44,067 bases of DNA from Chiloscyllium plagiosum. Its lineage: Eukaryota. Positions 22,378 to 35,329 of this stretch are shown in pieces. The stretch is from assembly GCF_004010195.1 (NCBI RefSeq), contig NC_057718.1, forward strand, positions 72,069,469 through 72,113,535, written 5' to 3'. Under the pieces are notes generated by a model. It saw only the letters and a program-made list of their open reading frames with translations. It ran no database searches and was not told where the DNA came from. Position numbers and translations under genes: made by a program. Numbering within the stretch: position 1 is the first letter of the stretch; every line of letters begins with the position of its first letter.

Positions 22378-23852
22378 CTGAAAATGTGTTGCTGGAAAAG
22401 CGCAGCAGGTCAGGCAGCATTTAAGGAGCAGGAGAATCGACGTTTCAGGCATGAGCCCTTCTTCAGGAATGAGGAAAGTGTGCCAAGCAGGCTAAGATAA
22501 AAGGTAGGGAGGAGAGACTTGGGGGAGGGGCGTTGGAAATGCAATAGGTGNNNNNNNNNNNNNNNNNNNNNNNNNNNNNNNNNNNNNNNNNNNNNNNNNN
22601 NNNNNNNNNNNNNNNNNNNNNNNNNNNNNNNNNNNNNNNNNNNNNNNNNNNNNNNNNNNNNNNNNNNNNNNNNNNNNNNNNNNNNNNNNNNNNNNNNNNN
22701 NNNNNNNNNNNNNNNNNNNNNNNNNNNNNNNNNNNNNNNNNNNNNNNNNNNNNNNNNNNNNNNNNNNNNNNNNNNNNNNNNNNNNNNNNNNNNNNNNNNN
22801 NNNNNNNNNNNNNNNNNNNNNNNNNNNNNNNNNNNNNNNNNNNNNNNNNNNNNNNNNNNNNNNNNNNNNNNNNNNNNNNNNNNNNNNNNNNNNNNNNNNN
22901 NNNNNNNNNNNNNNNNNNNNNNNNNNNNNNNNNNNNNNNNNNNNNNNNNNNNNNNNNNNNNNNNNNNNNNNNNNNNNNNNNNNNNNNNNNNNNNNNNNNN
23001 NNNNNNNNNNNNNNNNNNNNNNNNNNNNNNNNNNNNNNNNNNNNNNNNNNNNNNNNNNNNNNNNNNNNNNNNNNNNNNNNNNNNNNNNNNNNNNNNNNNN
23101 NNNNNNNNNNNNNNNNNNNNNNNNNNNNNNNNNNNNNNNNNNNNNNNNNNNNNNNNNNNNNNNNNNNNGAAATTGCGGTCTTTGAAGAAGGAGGCCATCT
23201 GGGTTGTTCGGTATTGGAACTGGTCCTCCTGGGAGAAGGTGCGGTGGAGACGAAGGAATTGGGAATATGGGATGGAGTTTTTATAGGGGGCAGGGTGGGA
23301 GGAGGTGTAGTCTAGGTAGCTGTGGGAGTCGGTCGGTTTATAGTAAATGTCCGTGTTGATTCGCCTGAGATAGAAATGGAGGTGGTCCAGGAAGGGGAGG
23401 GAGGAGTCTGAGATGGTCCAGGTAAATTTGAGGTCGGGGTGGAAGGTGTTGGTAAAGTGGTTGAACTGTTCAACCTCCTCGTGGGAGCACGAGGCAGCGC
23501 TGATACAGTCATCGATGTAGTGGAGGAAAAGGTGGGGGGTGGTGCCAGTGTAGCTGCGGAAGATGGACATATCCTACGAAGAGGCAGGCATAGCTGGGGC
23601 CCATGCGGGTGCCCATGGCGACTCATTTGGTTTGGAGGAAGTGGGAGGATTGGAAAGAGAAGTTGTTCAGAGTGAGGACCAGTTCAGTCAGTCGAAGGAG
23701 GGTGTCAGTGGAAGGGTACTGGTTGGTACGGCGGGAAAGGAAGAAGCGGAGGGCTTTGAGTCCTTTGTGATGGGGAAATGGAGGTGTACAGGGACTGTGC
23801 ATTTAACACATTTTCAGTTCTGACCTCCAGCATCTGCAGTCCTCACTTTCTC
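22378..23852 (-). mobile_element. Penelope-like element (RT fragment) spanning an N-gap
   Basis: FLHYIDDCI, LKFTW, LPFLD, YYKPTDSHSYLDY; 15-bp TSD ATAGAGAGACCAGAG at 22363-22377 and 23853-23867; hammerhead CUGAAGA...GAAACGUC at 22436-22469 (-). Confidence 0.9.
22551..23168. other. Assembly gap
   Basis: N run. Confidence 0.99.
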
Positions 23853-24349
23853 ATAGAGAGACCAGAGTTAATAAACAGCTAAATTGCCTTTTAGCATCCA
23901 GCGGTGTGCAATCTAAGTGGTAAATGCAGGATGGCAGAGATTAAATGCAGAGTGTGGATCTGTGGGGATGCTCTTCGAAGGGTCTATCCTGTACTGTAGG
24001 AATTCTGTGATTCTATGAAAAGCTCCCCCACTGATTCATCTATCACTTGCCTCGTTTTGTTCTTGAAAATTAGGCCCATCTGTGCTCCCTCTCCTGCTAG
24101 CTTTCTATATGCTAGCTTAAAAAGCTCTCCATTTTAAAAATTCTGTCCTTACTGCATCTTTCACACTTTGTCTATCATAGTTAATATTGGGAAAGTTGAA
24201 TTCCGATTCCCTACAATTATTGGTCTGACTAATAAATGTCAGAAAGAAGGTAATGCTGGAGACAATTTGAAATTTATAACAAAAGCCTGACTCAACAGCC
24301 TGAAACCATCCCCTGTCCTGACCACCAAGGCACTTAGGATGAATTGCCA

Positions 24350-24880
24350 ATCAAAAATCTGAAATGACGCTAAAGAAGATAATGTTACAACAGACAATTA
24401 AAAGCCTGAACAAAGTGATCAATTTTAGGGAACACCCTCAAGAAACAGAGGTTAATGGAGTGAATTTTAGTGGTAAGGGCCTAGGCAACTGAAGGCACAG
24501 CCTTCAATATGGGGAGTAATTAAAACCAGAGGTGATGCATTATAGTCAAGAATTGGAGAAGCACTAAAATCTTGAAGGTTTGAGGATCCAGAAATAAAGA
24601 GGGAAGAGATCACAGAGGTGATGTGAAACCAAATTAAAATCTTACAAGTGTGTTCTTATCAGACCTGAAGCTGATGTCGGCCAGAGAGCGCTGGGTGACA
24701 AGTGAATGAACTTCATACAAGTTGGGATAGAGAGATCAGAGTTAGTAAAGATGGAAGACAGAGCATGGAATGGGCAAATCAAGAGGGAACAAAGGCATAG
24801 ATGAGGGTTTCAGCAACAGAGTAGCTGACCTGTGGTGGGTCAGATTCATAGTATGTTACAGAGGTCAAGGTAAGTGGTCT
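24350..24880 (-). mobile_element. Ancient L2 LINE fragment
   Basis: Reverse complement of 24476-24505 gives GCAFSCLGP, resembling the L2 GRAFS..GP.LWN motif. Confidence 0.55.
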
Positions 24881-24886
24881 TTTTTT

Positions 24887-25198
24887 TAGATTAGATTACA
24901 TTACAGTGTGGAAACAGGCCCTTCAGCCCAACAAGTCCACACCGACCCGCTGAAGCGCAACCCACCCATACCCCTACATTTACCCCTTACTTAACACTAC
25001 GGGCAATTTAGCATGGCCAATTCACCTGACCTGCACATCTTTGGACTGTGGGAGGAAACCGGAGCACCCGGAGGAAACCCACGCAGACACGGGGAGAACG
25101 TGCAAACTCCACACAGTCAGTCGCCTGAGGCGGGAATTGAACCCGGGTCTCCGGCGCTGCGAGGCAGCAGTGCTAACCACTGTGCCACCATGCCGCCC
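24887..25198 (-). mobile_element. HE1-type V-SINE
   Basis: Near-identical to the other full copies. Confidence 0.95.
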
Positions 25199-25685
25199 AT
25201 AAAGTGGGCGTCTTGGAGTGGATATATTGCCCAAAGCTCACTTTGCTGTAAAATATGCCACCAAAGTTGCAGAAATACTAGCTCTACCTAAGGTGGAAGG
25301 GACCGGTGATTAAGAAATAGTTTGCAGCAGGGCCTGAGGAACATGGCTAAAGTTTTCCTAGAAACTTCTGCTCATCCAGAACTGGTTGAAAAAAATACCA
25401 GTGATTGAGAGAGGTAGTTGGATGGAAGTGATCATCAACATATATGCTGAATTTCATGGATGATGTCGCTGAGGAACAGCAAGTGGATGATCTCGAGATG
25501 CAACACATTTATGATAAGTTTTGGCAAGCCCAAAGATCTAAACACTGCAAAACATGCAATTCTGACCATAAAATTTTACAGTTTCCTTTTTTTCATAAAA
25601 AATCTGAGAGCACTCTTTCATAGTAACTTATTCATATTCAATTGAAACATTACAATGATCGCTAAAATTCATACAATTACAGTAC

Positions 25686-25847
25686 CTGTTGATCATCAGG
25701 TGTCCATATTCCACAAGTAATCTGGCTATCCAAATTAATCTCAGAAGACCAATGTCGCTGCCCACTGACAGATCCAACCAGCACAAAGCCATCTCGGTAA
25801 GAAATCAGTGCCTGTGTACCATCATGGCTCCAAGTAAAGTCGCTCAC
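25686..25847 (-). CDS. TULP4: TULP4 coding exon (exon 3 equivalent), WD40 region
   Basis: Reads VSDFTWSHDGTQALISYRDGFVLVGSVSGQRHWSSEINLDSQITCGIWTPDDQQ (162 nt), with TTTTTCAG acceptor and GT donor at 25685. Continues in frame from the 37218-37346 exon. Confidence 0.96.
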
Positions 25848-26159
25848 CTGAAAAACAATCAAAGGGAAAAAACATTGAAGTAAAATAATTCATGCATTTC
25901 TTGATTCTTTTTCCTTTTTATTTCCCCCCAATGCAGTGATCAGTATCCTAGCAAATCACATTACTAGGTGTATGGAGAGAGCATTAAAACCAATCAGAAG
26001 CAGCAGGGCATTGTAAGAAGGGAAATATAAGTTTATGAAACAAAAGTATATGGTGCCATTTCAAGGGAAACAGGATAACCAAGGCGAGAATAGGGCACAT
26101 TAGTATCCGAGGAAGAAACATGTGGAGCTGAAGGACAGGGTGTTAAATGACTATTTCTG

Positions 26160-26700
26160 TAATCATAGTCGTACAGCAGAGAAACAGACCCTTCGGCCCA
26201 CCATGTCTATGTTGATCAACAAACACAAAACTATACTAATCCCATTTACCGGAACTTAATCCGAAGTCACCTGTGCCCTAGCATTTCAAGAGCTCATCCA
26301 AATGCTTCTTAAATGTTGTGATAGTACCTGCCTCCATCACCCAACACTTGGTGGGTTCCATATTTCTATCACCCTCTGGATGAAAAAAAAGTTCTCAGAT
26401 GTCTTCTAAACCAATTGGACCTCACCTTAAACTTGTGCCATCTGGTCTTAGACATGTCCACCATCATGAAAAGATTCTAATGATCTTACCATCTATGCCT
26501 CACTTAATTTTCTATACCTCAAATCAGATTCTTCTTCAGCCTATCCAGTCTCTCATCATAACTGAGACTTTCCATCCAATGCAACATTCAAGTGAATTTC
26601 ATCTGCAACCTCTCCAGTGCAATCTGACCAGAACTGCACACAGTTTTCCAAATGTGACCTAACCAATAGTCTATAAAGTTGTATAAATACTTCCCTGAAC
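26160..26700 (-). mobile_element. Decayed CR1 3' end
   Basis: gaaacagacccttcggccca tail and resemblance to the ORF2 C-terminus of other CR1 copies here. Confidence 0.7.
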
Positions 26701-26859
26701 TATCCTCATCATAATATTTAGTCAGCTTTTCAAAGATTCAGCTAAAATCATCAACAGGAACATCCAACAAATCCACTGACTATCCCGGTCTTTCCAAGTA
26801 TCAATTAATCCTGTCCCTCAAAACATTTTCCAACAATTTCCCTACCAATGACATCAGAC

Positions 26860-27390
26860 TCATCAGCAGCAGCAGAACCTCGCAGACAAGGATCGGTTTC
26901 TTCCACTCTCAGGACAAGTCCATACAAGGCTGTACAGACCTGCTACCACAGCATCTGTTACACATGGGCAATGATGGTCACGGGAAGGGGTCGGTGGACC
27001 ATTGGAGTGGCAGCACGCTCTTTTCACTAGGTTGCCGTTTCTCCCCAGTGGTAAGTCTTGAGATGCTCAATGTCCTCCTGGATGCTTCTCTATTTTGGAT
27101 GGTCTTGAGTCAGTGATTCCCAGGTGTGTGTGTGAATGCCACATTTCACCAGTGAGGTCTTGTTATCACTGAAGCACTTCCTCTGTCCACCTAGGGCTCA
27201 GCTGCCATTTCGAAGGTGGGAGTACTGCTTGGGGAGTTTAGTGCAGGTCATGCGGATGACATGCCCAGCCCATCATACCTGAACAAGGGTGGCCAGTACT
27301 TCAACGCTGGAGGTTTTGGCCTGGTCAAGGATGCTGGTGTTGGTGCATCTTTCTTCCCAGCATTCACAGGATTTGTGCAAGCAGTTTAAA
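26860..27390 (-). mobile_element. RTE-clade LINE 3' fragment
   Basis: WEERCTNTSILDQA, WAGHVIRM, LGGQRKCFSD, WESLTQD on the minus strand. Confidence 0.75.
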
Positions 27391-27557
27391 GGACTGCAAC
27401 AGTATCACCAATATCAGAGCAACTAGTCTGTAATTACCTGGCCAATCCTTATTGCCCTTCTTGAACAAAGAAACCACATTATTTATCCTCCAGACATCTG
27501 CTACTTCACCTGTGGCCAGCGAATCATTGAATATCTGTGTCAGGGCATCAGCAAAAT

Positions 27558-27860
27558 GGGCAGCACGGTGACTCAGTGGCGAATATTGCTGCTTCACAGC
27601 ACCAGGGTTCGATTCCACCCTCAGGCAACTATCTGTGTGAAGTTTGTACATTCACAGTCTGTGGAGGTTTGCTCCCACAATCCAAAGATGTGCACATTAG
27701 GTTGGTTGGCCATGCTAAACCACCCATTATGTAAATATAGGATTAGGTTGTAAATGTAGAATTACAGGGATGGGCTGTGTCTAGATGGGACGCTCTTCAG
27801 AGGGTTGGTGTGGACTCAATAGGCCAAATGGCTGCTTCCACACTGTAGGAGATTCTCTGA
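27558..27860 (+). mobile_element. Diverged HE1-type SINE
   Basis: gggcagcacggtgactcagtgg head, cccacaatccaaagatgtgc, ttccacactgtagg tail. Confidence 0.8.
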
Positions 27861-27921
27861 TCTGCTCCCTTGCCTCCATAGCAGTGTGGGGTTTCTCTCA
27901 TTAGGGCCAGGGGAATTACCA

Positions 27922-28275
27922 TAGAATCACAGAATCCCTACAATGTGAAGACAGGCCCTTCAGCCTAACAAGTCTTTGACCCTCCAAAGAGTACTCCACC
28001 CGAACCCATTCCCCCACACTATTACCCGACATTTATCTCTGACTAATGCACCTAACCTGCACATCCCTGAACACTATGGGCAATTAAGCACAGCCAATTT
28101 ACCTAAGCTGCACATCTTTGGATTGTGGGAGGAAGTCACAGTACCCGAAGGAAACCCACATAGACATGGGGAGAATGTCTGTGTGGAGTTTACACAGTTA
28201 CCCAAAGCTGGAATCAAACCCGGGTCCCTGGAGCTGTGAGGCAGCAGTGCTAGCCACTGAGCCACCATGCCACCC
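27922..28275 (-). mobile_element. Diverged HE1-type SINE
   Basis: Same modules in reverse orientation. Confidence 0.85.
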
Positions 28276-29024
28276 TTGATAAAACACACCTCCGCATTAT
28301 TCTGATCACGTCCTAGAACCTCACCATCCCTACTCAAATTTCCAGTCTCTCTCATTTGTGAATATAGAAGAGAAGTATTCATTTCAGACTTCACCCTCAG
28401 GCTCTATGCAAGATTGCTCCTTCGATCACTATTAGGTCCCACTAATTCCCTGGTAGTCCTTTCGCTCTAAATATACTTAGAAAATGCCTTGGGGGTTTCC
28501 TTTATTCCATCAGCCAAACATATTTTCTGCCTGCCCTTTGTCCTTTTTTCTAAGAACACCCCCCTTACACTCTATTTCCAAAAGACCTCCCTTGTTTTAA
28601 TGCTGCGTACCTAATATATGCTTCCATTATTTTTAATCTTACTCTCAATTATTCCTTGACATCCAGGGCTCCTTGGACATTCTACCCTTGCCCTTCACTC
28701 AGAGAAGCACGCTGGCTCTGAATTCTCACTGTATTACATGTATAATACTCCCACTTTTCAAATGGAGATTTACCTACAAGTAGCTGTTCCCAGTCTATGT
28801 GTACCAGATCCTGTCTAACGATAAAGAAATTTGGCCCTCCCCTAACTTCTGCACAAATATGTTATCCCTTTCCATAATGGCTTTGAAGCTTACCAAGCTC
28901 TGCTCATTATCACCAAAATGTTTGTCCACTGACACTTCAACCACTTTATCCCTAGGATTACATCATGCACTACCCCATCTTTAGTAGGAGCAGCTACATA
29001 CTAGAATGTAATGCCCTCATGGAT

Positions 29025-29497
29025 GCGGTGGCAATACTGTGCCTTTAAAGAAGTGTTCTGTCCTGTGCTCTTGAAGCGGGCTGTTGACACCATGGAACGG
29101 ACATGTCTGCTTTAGAGGTGGGGGTAAACAGCTTAGACTCCGAGAGTGTTTTTAATTTAGACAAAAGAAGCATGAATGGATGGAGTCAGTCACATACAGA
29201 CCCAGGGTTTTAGTCTCACTTTCAGTTGAGGTTTTGAACTTGAAACTCTTTCAGCTCTTTCTCTTGCCGCAGTAAAGCGTTTGAGCACTCTTTCTGCTGC
29301 AAGATTATTTCTCCTGGACTGGAGATCATGTGAGGAGAATCAGTGTTATTGAATTTGTCTTTGCCAAAGGTGGGTTTCGGGGATGCCATTACATTGGAAC
29401 AGGTTAGTAGTTAAATATATATTACCTTGTTAAGTATTTCCACAGAGCTAAAGTTATGTCAATTCTTTTTTGTATGGTAAGAATAAAGTGTGTTGTG
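29025..29497 (+). mobile_element. Possible truncated LTR related to the 29817-32327 LTR
   Basis: Start gtggcaatactgtgcctttaaagaagtgttctgtc resembles tgtgacaatgttgcccctttaacaaggttattttgtc; AATAAA ~29482. Confidence 0.4.
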
Positions 29498-29944
29498 TAG
29501 GGAAATCTTTATGCAAGATGAAATAGCTATAATTACAGGTCAGCTATTTTGAAAGTGATACCCAAAGTGAAACAGGAAGGGATGAAGTGTTAATCATAGA
29601 AAAGCAACAGGACGAAGGGGAAAGCAAATGTTAAAAAATGTTCATCTATTTGAATGCGCTAGTATTTGAAATAAATGAATTAACAACATAAAATCGAGTT
29701 TAATGGATGTGATCTTACAGCTCTTACTGAGACATGGTTACAAGGAGACAAAAGCTAGGAACTAATGTTCAGACATGAGTTTTCAAAAGAACAGACTCTA
29801 AGTAAATGGCAGTGGGTGTTATGGACCAGGTTAGACACCCTCCAAATATTTTACAAAGTAGCTTAGATCTTCACTACTTCTTATTGTAAACCACCCAGCT
29901 TTAAGCAATACAGAATTTATTTAAAAATAGCGAATTCTTACAAG

Positions 29945-31920
29945 AGTATAAAGGCTACAGGAGTATATGTAAGAGGGAAAACAAGAAGGCAAAAAGGGGA
30001 CATGAGATAACTTGGGCAAATAGAGTTCAGGAGAATCCAAAGGGTTTCTATGAATACATTAAGGACGAAAGGGTAACTAGGGAGTGAATAGGGCCCTCAA
30101 AGATCAGAAAGGCAGCCTATGTGTGGAGCTGCAGGAGATGGGGGAGATAATAAACGTGTACTTTGCATTAGTGTTTACTGTGGAGAAGGACATGCAAGAT
30201 ATAGAATGTGATGAAATAGATGGTGACATCTTGAAAAATGTCCACATTACAGAGGTGGTAGTAATGGATGTCTTGAAACACACAGGACCTGACCAGGTGT
30301 ACCCTACAACTCTGTGGGAAGCTAGGAAAGTGATTGCTGGGCACCTCGCTGAGATACTTGTATCATCGATAGTCACAGGTGAGGAGCCGGAAGACTGGAG
30401 GTTGATCTAACATGATTCCACTATTTAAGAAAGATGGGAAAGTCAGGGAACTATAGACCGGTGAGCCTGACATTGGTGGTGGGCAAGCTTTTTTTTTTTA
30501 AGATTAGATTAGGTTAGATTACTTACAGTGTGGAAACAGGCCCTTCGGTCCAACAGGTGGGCGGCACGGTGGCACAGTGGTTAGCACTGCTGCCTCACAG
30601 CGCCAGAGACCCGGGTTCAATTCCCGCCTCAGGCGACTGACTGTGTGGAGTTTGCACGTTCTCCCAGTGTCGGCGTGGGTTTCCTCCGGGTGCTCCGGTT
30701 TCCTCCCACAGTCCAAAGATGTGCAGGTCAGGTAAATTGGCCACGCTAAATTGCCCGTAGTGTTAGGTGAGGGGTAAATGTAGGGGTATGGGTGAGTTGC
30801 GCTTCGGCGGGGCGGTGTGGACTTGTTGGGCCGATGGACCTGTTTCCACACTAAGTAATCTAATCTAATCAAAGGTCCACACCGACCCACCGAAGCGCAA
30901 CCCACCCAAACCCATTCCCCTACATTTACCCCTTCACCTAACACTATGGGCAATTTAGCATGGCCAATTCACCTAACCTGCACATTTTTGGACTGTGGGA
31001 GGAAACCAGAGTACCCGGAGGAAACCCACGCAGACATGGGGAGAATATGCAAACTCCACACAGAGGCGGGAATTGAACCCAGGTCTCTGGCACTGTGAGA
31101 CAGCAGTGCTAACCACTGTGCCACCGTGCCGCCCACTAATTGGCAATGAGCCGAGAAGTGGTAGATAGAGTTTAATTTAGATAAATGTGAGGTGTTGCAA
31201 TTTGGAAAAGCAAATCAGAACAGGAATTATACACTTAATGGTAAGGTGTTGCAGGTTAATAGTTCCTTGAAAGTAGAGTTGCAGGTAAATAGGAAAGCAA
31301 AGGAGGCGTTTAGTATGCTTTCCTTTATTAGTCAAAGCATTGAGTAAAGGAGTTGAGAGGTCATGTTGTTGCCTACAGGACATTGGCTAGGCCACTTATA
31401 GAATACTGTGTGCAATTCAGGTCTCATTCCTATTGGAAGGATGTTGTGAAATTTGATAAGGTTCAGAAAAGATTTACAAGGATGTTGCCAGGGTTGGAGG
31501 TTTTGAACTAATAGGGAGAGGCTGAATAGGCTGGGGCTGTTTTCCCTGGAACATCAGAGGCTGTAGGGTGACCTTACAGAGGTTTATAAAATCATGGAGG
31601 GACATGGATAGGATAAACAGACAAGGTCTTTTCCCTGGGGTGGGGAAGTTCAGAACTAGAGGGCATAGGCTCAGGGTGAGAGGAGAAATATTTAAAAAAA
31701 CCTAAGGGGCACCTTTTTCACAGAGGATGAGCTGCCAGAGGAAGTGGTGAAAGCTGGTACAATTATAGCATTTAAAAGACATCTAATGGATTATAGAATA
31801 AGAAGGATTTAGAGGGCTTTGGGCTAAGTCCTGACAAATGGGACTAGATTAGGTCAAGATATCTGGTCGGCATGGACATGTTGGACTGAAGGGTCTGTTT
31901 CCGTGCTATACCTCTCTATG
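29945..31920 (+). mobile_element. CR1 LINE 3' half with RT core missing
   Basis: ENPKGFYEYIK, GPDQVYP, NYRPVSLT, RFTRMLPGL, tail gggtctgtttccgtgct...ctctatg. Confidence 0.9.
30500..31134 (-). mobile_element. HE1 SINE (-) containing a nested HE1 SINE (+) at 30559-30872
   Basis: Outer tail broken at caacAGGT...AGGTccacacc; inner copy complete and in opposite orientation. Confidence 0.92.
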
Positions 31921-32914
31921 AATACAGTTGAAACATGAATGAAACAAAATAGAATTTAGAATAACTTAATAGCTTGAAAACTCAATTGACTCATTACTGC
32001 AACTTAATAAGGAGCTGATGTAATTCCCACAACATCCCACAAACACACCCCTTGGCAAAAGGTTGATTCAAACACAGGTTCTTACAGGCAGGAGAGATTT
32101 CACAGAGAAAGCGAGTCAGGAACCATCTGCTGAAGCTTGGAACCTTTCTCCATTGCAAGCAGCTTCTCAATGTTACAATTAAACCAAACTAGAAAAAAAT
32201 CTGAACTCTGAGAACTGGTCACTGCCCTACTATTGCTAAACTAGGCTCCTTCCTAGACATCTCGGCACCCCTCTGCCTTTAAAAAGTCCTGACAAAATAA
32301 CCTTGTTAAAGGGGCAACATTGTCACATCTTCCCCCTTAAAAGAATGAACCAGTGTACAAAAATGGCTTCATTTTAAAACCGCTTAGGCTTATCCTGTTC
32401 GTACACTACAATAAATACATTGACTATAACCATGCACACATGCACTACTACATTCTATTTCAGTGTTTACTCCAACCATCGAATGCATTCATTTCTTCAC
32501 CCAAGTCTTTTCAGCCAACACGTCAACAATTACGTTTTCTCGTCCTGTCACATGTATAATTTTCAAACTGAATGGCTGCAATAATAAGCACCATCGAAAC
32601 AGTCTTGAATTTTTGTCAGCTTGGCCAGGTTGGACCGAAGGATCTGTTTCCGTGCTATATGTCTCTATGACTCTATTAAACTTCTCTAAAAACTTAAATG
32701 GGTTATGATCAGCATACATGATTGAATCAGACACATAACTGGCAATATAAGTGTTGAAATGTTTCGGCGCCAACACCAAATTCAAATTCTCCTTCTCAAT
32801 AGTTGAATTTTTCTGTTGACGAACGTTCAATTTCCTGGAGAAACATCAGATAGGTCTTTGTCTTCGCACTGCCTTCTTGTGAACCTTCAGCACCGATACC
32901 CACATCACACATAC

Positions 32915-34630
32915 AGTCAGAGATATACACCACAGAAACAGACCCTTCAGTCCAACTCATCCATGTCGACCAGATATTCTAAACTAATCTCGTCCCATTT
33001 ACCAGCATTTGGCTCATATCCCTCCAAACCCTTACGATTCATATACCCATCCAGACTCCTTTTAAATGTTGTAACTGTCCCATCTTCCACCACTCCCTTG
33101 GGCATCTCATTCCATACACGCATCACCCTGTGTAAAAAGTTGTCCCTTAGGTCCCTTTTAAATATTTCATCCTAAACCTAAGCCCTTTAGTTCTCGACTC
33201 CCCCACCCCAGGACAAGACCTTGTTTATTTATCCTATCCATAAACCTCTAAGGTCACGCCTCAGTCTCTGACGCACGAGGGAAAACAACCCCAGCTTATT
33301 CAGCCTCTACCTGTAGCTCAAACCTCCAACCCTAGCAACATCCTTGTAAATATCTTTTCTGAAGCCTTTCAAGTTTCATAACACCCTTCCCACAGGAAAA
33401 ACACCAGAATTGCACTCAATATTCTAAAAATGGCATAACCAATGTCCTGTACAGCCACAACATGACCTCCCAACTCCTAGACTCAATGCTATGACCAATA
33501 TAAGCATACCAAATGCCTTCTTCACTATTCTATCTAAATGCAACTCTACTTTCAAGGAACTATGAATCTGCACTCCAAGGACTCTTGCTCAGCAACACTC
33601 CCCAGGACCTTACCATCAAATGTTTCATTCCTGCCCTGATTTGCCTTTCCAAAATGCAGCACCTCACACTTACCGAAAGTAAGCTCCATCTGCCAATCTG
33701 CGGTTCATTGGTTCATCTGATCAAGATCTCATTGCACTAAGGTAACCATCTTCACGGTCTACTACACCTCCAATCTTGGTGTCACCTGCAAACTTATTAG
33801 CTACATCTCTAAAGTTCACATACAAATAATTTTATATAAATGACAGAAAGCACCGATCCTTATGGCACACCATTGGTCACAGGCCTCCAAGTCTGAAAAT
33901 CAATTCTTCACCACCACCCTCTGTCTTTTACCTTTGAACTAGTTCTGTATCTGTTTTGAACTAGCCTGAAGAAGGGCTTATGCTTGAAACGTCGATTCTC
34001 CTGCTCCTTGGATGCTGCCTGACTTGCTGTGCTTTTCCAGCAAAACTTTTTTATCCCTACTCAGTACTTGCCTTTCCAAATACATGTCCCTCAGGATTCC
34101 CTCCAACAATTTGCCCACCACTGACGTCAGGCTCACTGTCTATAGTTCCCTAGATTGTCCTTATCACCTTTCTTAAACAGTGGCATCACGTTAGCCAACC
34201 TCCAGTTTTCCGGCACCTCACCTGTGTCGATCAATGATTCAAATATCTCAGTAATAGGCCCAGCAATCACTTCCCTAACTTCCCACAGAGTTCTAGGATA
34301 TACCTGATCAGATCCTGGGGATTTATCCACCTTTATGCGTTTCAAGACATCTGGCATTTCCTCCTCTGTAATATGGACACTTTTCAAGGAGTCACCATCT
34401 ATTTCCCTACATTCTACATCTTGTATGTCCTTTTCCACAGTAAATACTGATGCAAAATACTCGTTTAGTGTCTCCCCCATCTCCTTCAGCTCTACACAAA
34501 GGCCGTCTTGCTGATCTTTGAGATACCCTATTTTCTCCCAATTTACCCTTTTGTCCTTAAATGTATTTGTAAAATCCCTTTGAATTCTCCTTAACTGTAT
34601 TTGCCAAAGCTATCTCATGTCCCCTTTTCA
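32915..34630 (-). mobile_element. CR1 LINE fragment, with Penelope pLTR pieces at 33964-34052 and 34630-34720
   Basis: DKSPGSDQVYPRTL, NWRLANVMPLFKKG, CR1 tail at ~32920-32990; hammerhead CUGAAGA...GAAACGUC at 33964-33996. Confidence 0.9.
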
Positions 34631-35329
34631 GGAAGAAGGGCTTATGCCCGAAACGTCGATTCTCCTGCTCCTTGGATGCTACCTGACCTGCTGCGCTTTT
34701 CCAGCAACACATTTTCAGCTAACTACTAACCTACCCTATAATACAAAATAAACCATAACACTGTGCAAATGAATAAGCAAATAACTAATAGTTCAAAAAA
34801 ATGCAAAAACAAAACCAAAATAAAAACAGAATACAAAACAGCTATGCTCAGCACAAAGCTCCCAAACAAAGGAACGGGAGCATTGTATATATACCTGTAT
34901 TAACTCAGGAGACCACCTCCCCTCCACTCCCCCCTCTCCCAGCTCAGTTGTTTGTTTTGTGGTGCCATCCAAGTGACAATGGAAGGAAGAGTGCTTAGTC
35001 AGAATGAGATGCATCTTGGCTGAGAACATGTAGGTAGTAGTGTTACCATACAGTTGTTGCCCTTCTCTTTGCAGGTCATAAAGATTGTGGATTTAGAAGG
35101 CAGTGTTAAAAGGATCTATGGCCAGTGTAAGTTGGCCATAGTACATCTTGTATATGGCACACTGCTGACACTATACGTCAGTGACGCAGGGTGCAAATAC
35201 TGAAGATGCCAAACAAAAATGTAGAAAATAATTTGGAATCAGTGTTTTCAAATGTACTGAAGCAACAGAACAAGTGGGAACATGCTCAGAACACTGAAAA
35301 GTCAATTTAAAACAGCTGTCAGTATAATT

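Larger units (their letters stand above)
22195..24015 (+). mobile_element. Old HE1-type SINE split by a Penelope insertion
   Basis: Head ggcatggtagcacaatggttagcactgctgcctcac at ~22197; remainder (gctaaattgcc...ctgtaggaattct) at 23868-24015. Confidence 0.7.
29817..32830 (-). mobile_element. Ty3/Gypsy (Gmr1-like) 3' remnant: RNase H, PPT, 3' LTR split by CR1
   Basis: STIEKE...ADHNPFKFL...NSRLFRWCLLLQPFSLKIIHVTGRENVIVDVL at 32489-32830; on minus, PPT AAGGGGGAAGA then TGTGACA at 32327; LTR ends ATAACA at 29817. Confidence 0.75.

Noticed and set aside
30559..30630. tRNA genes at SINE heads (also 36169 and 25130-25198)
   Set aside because: These are the tRNA-derived A/B-box heads of HE1 SINEs and continue into V-domain and LINE tail.
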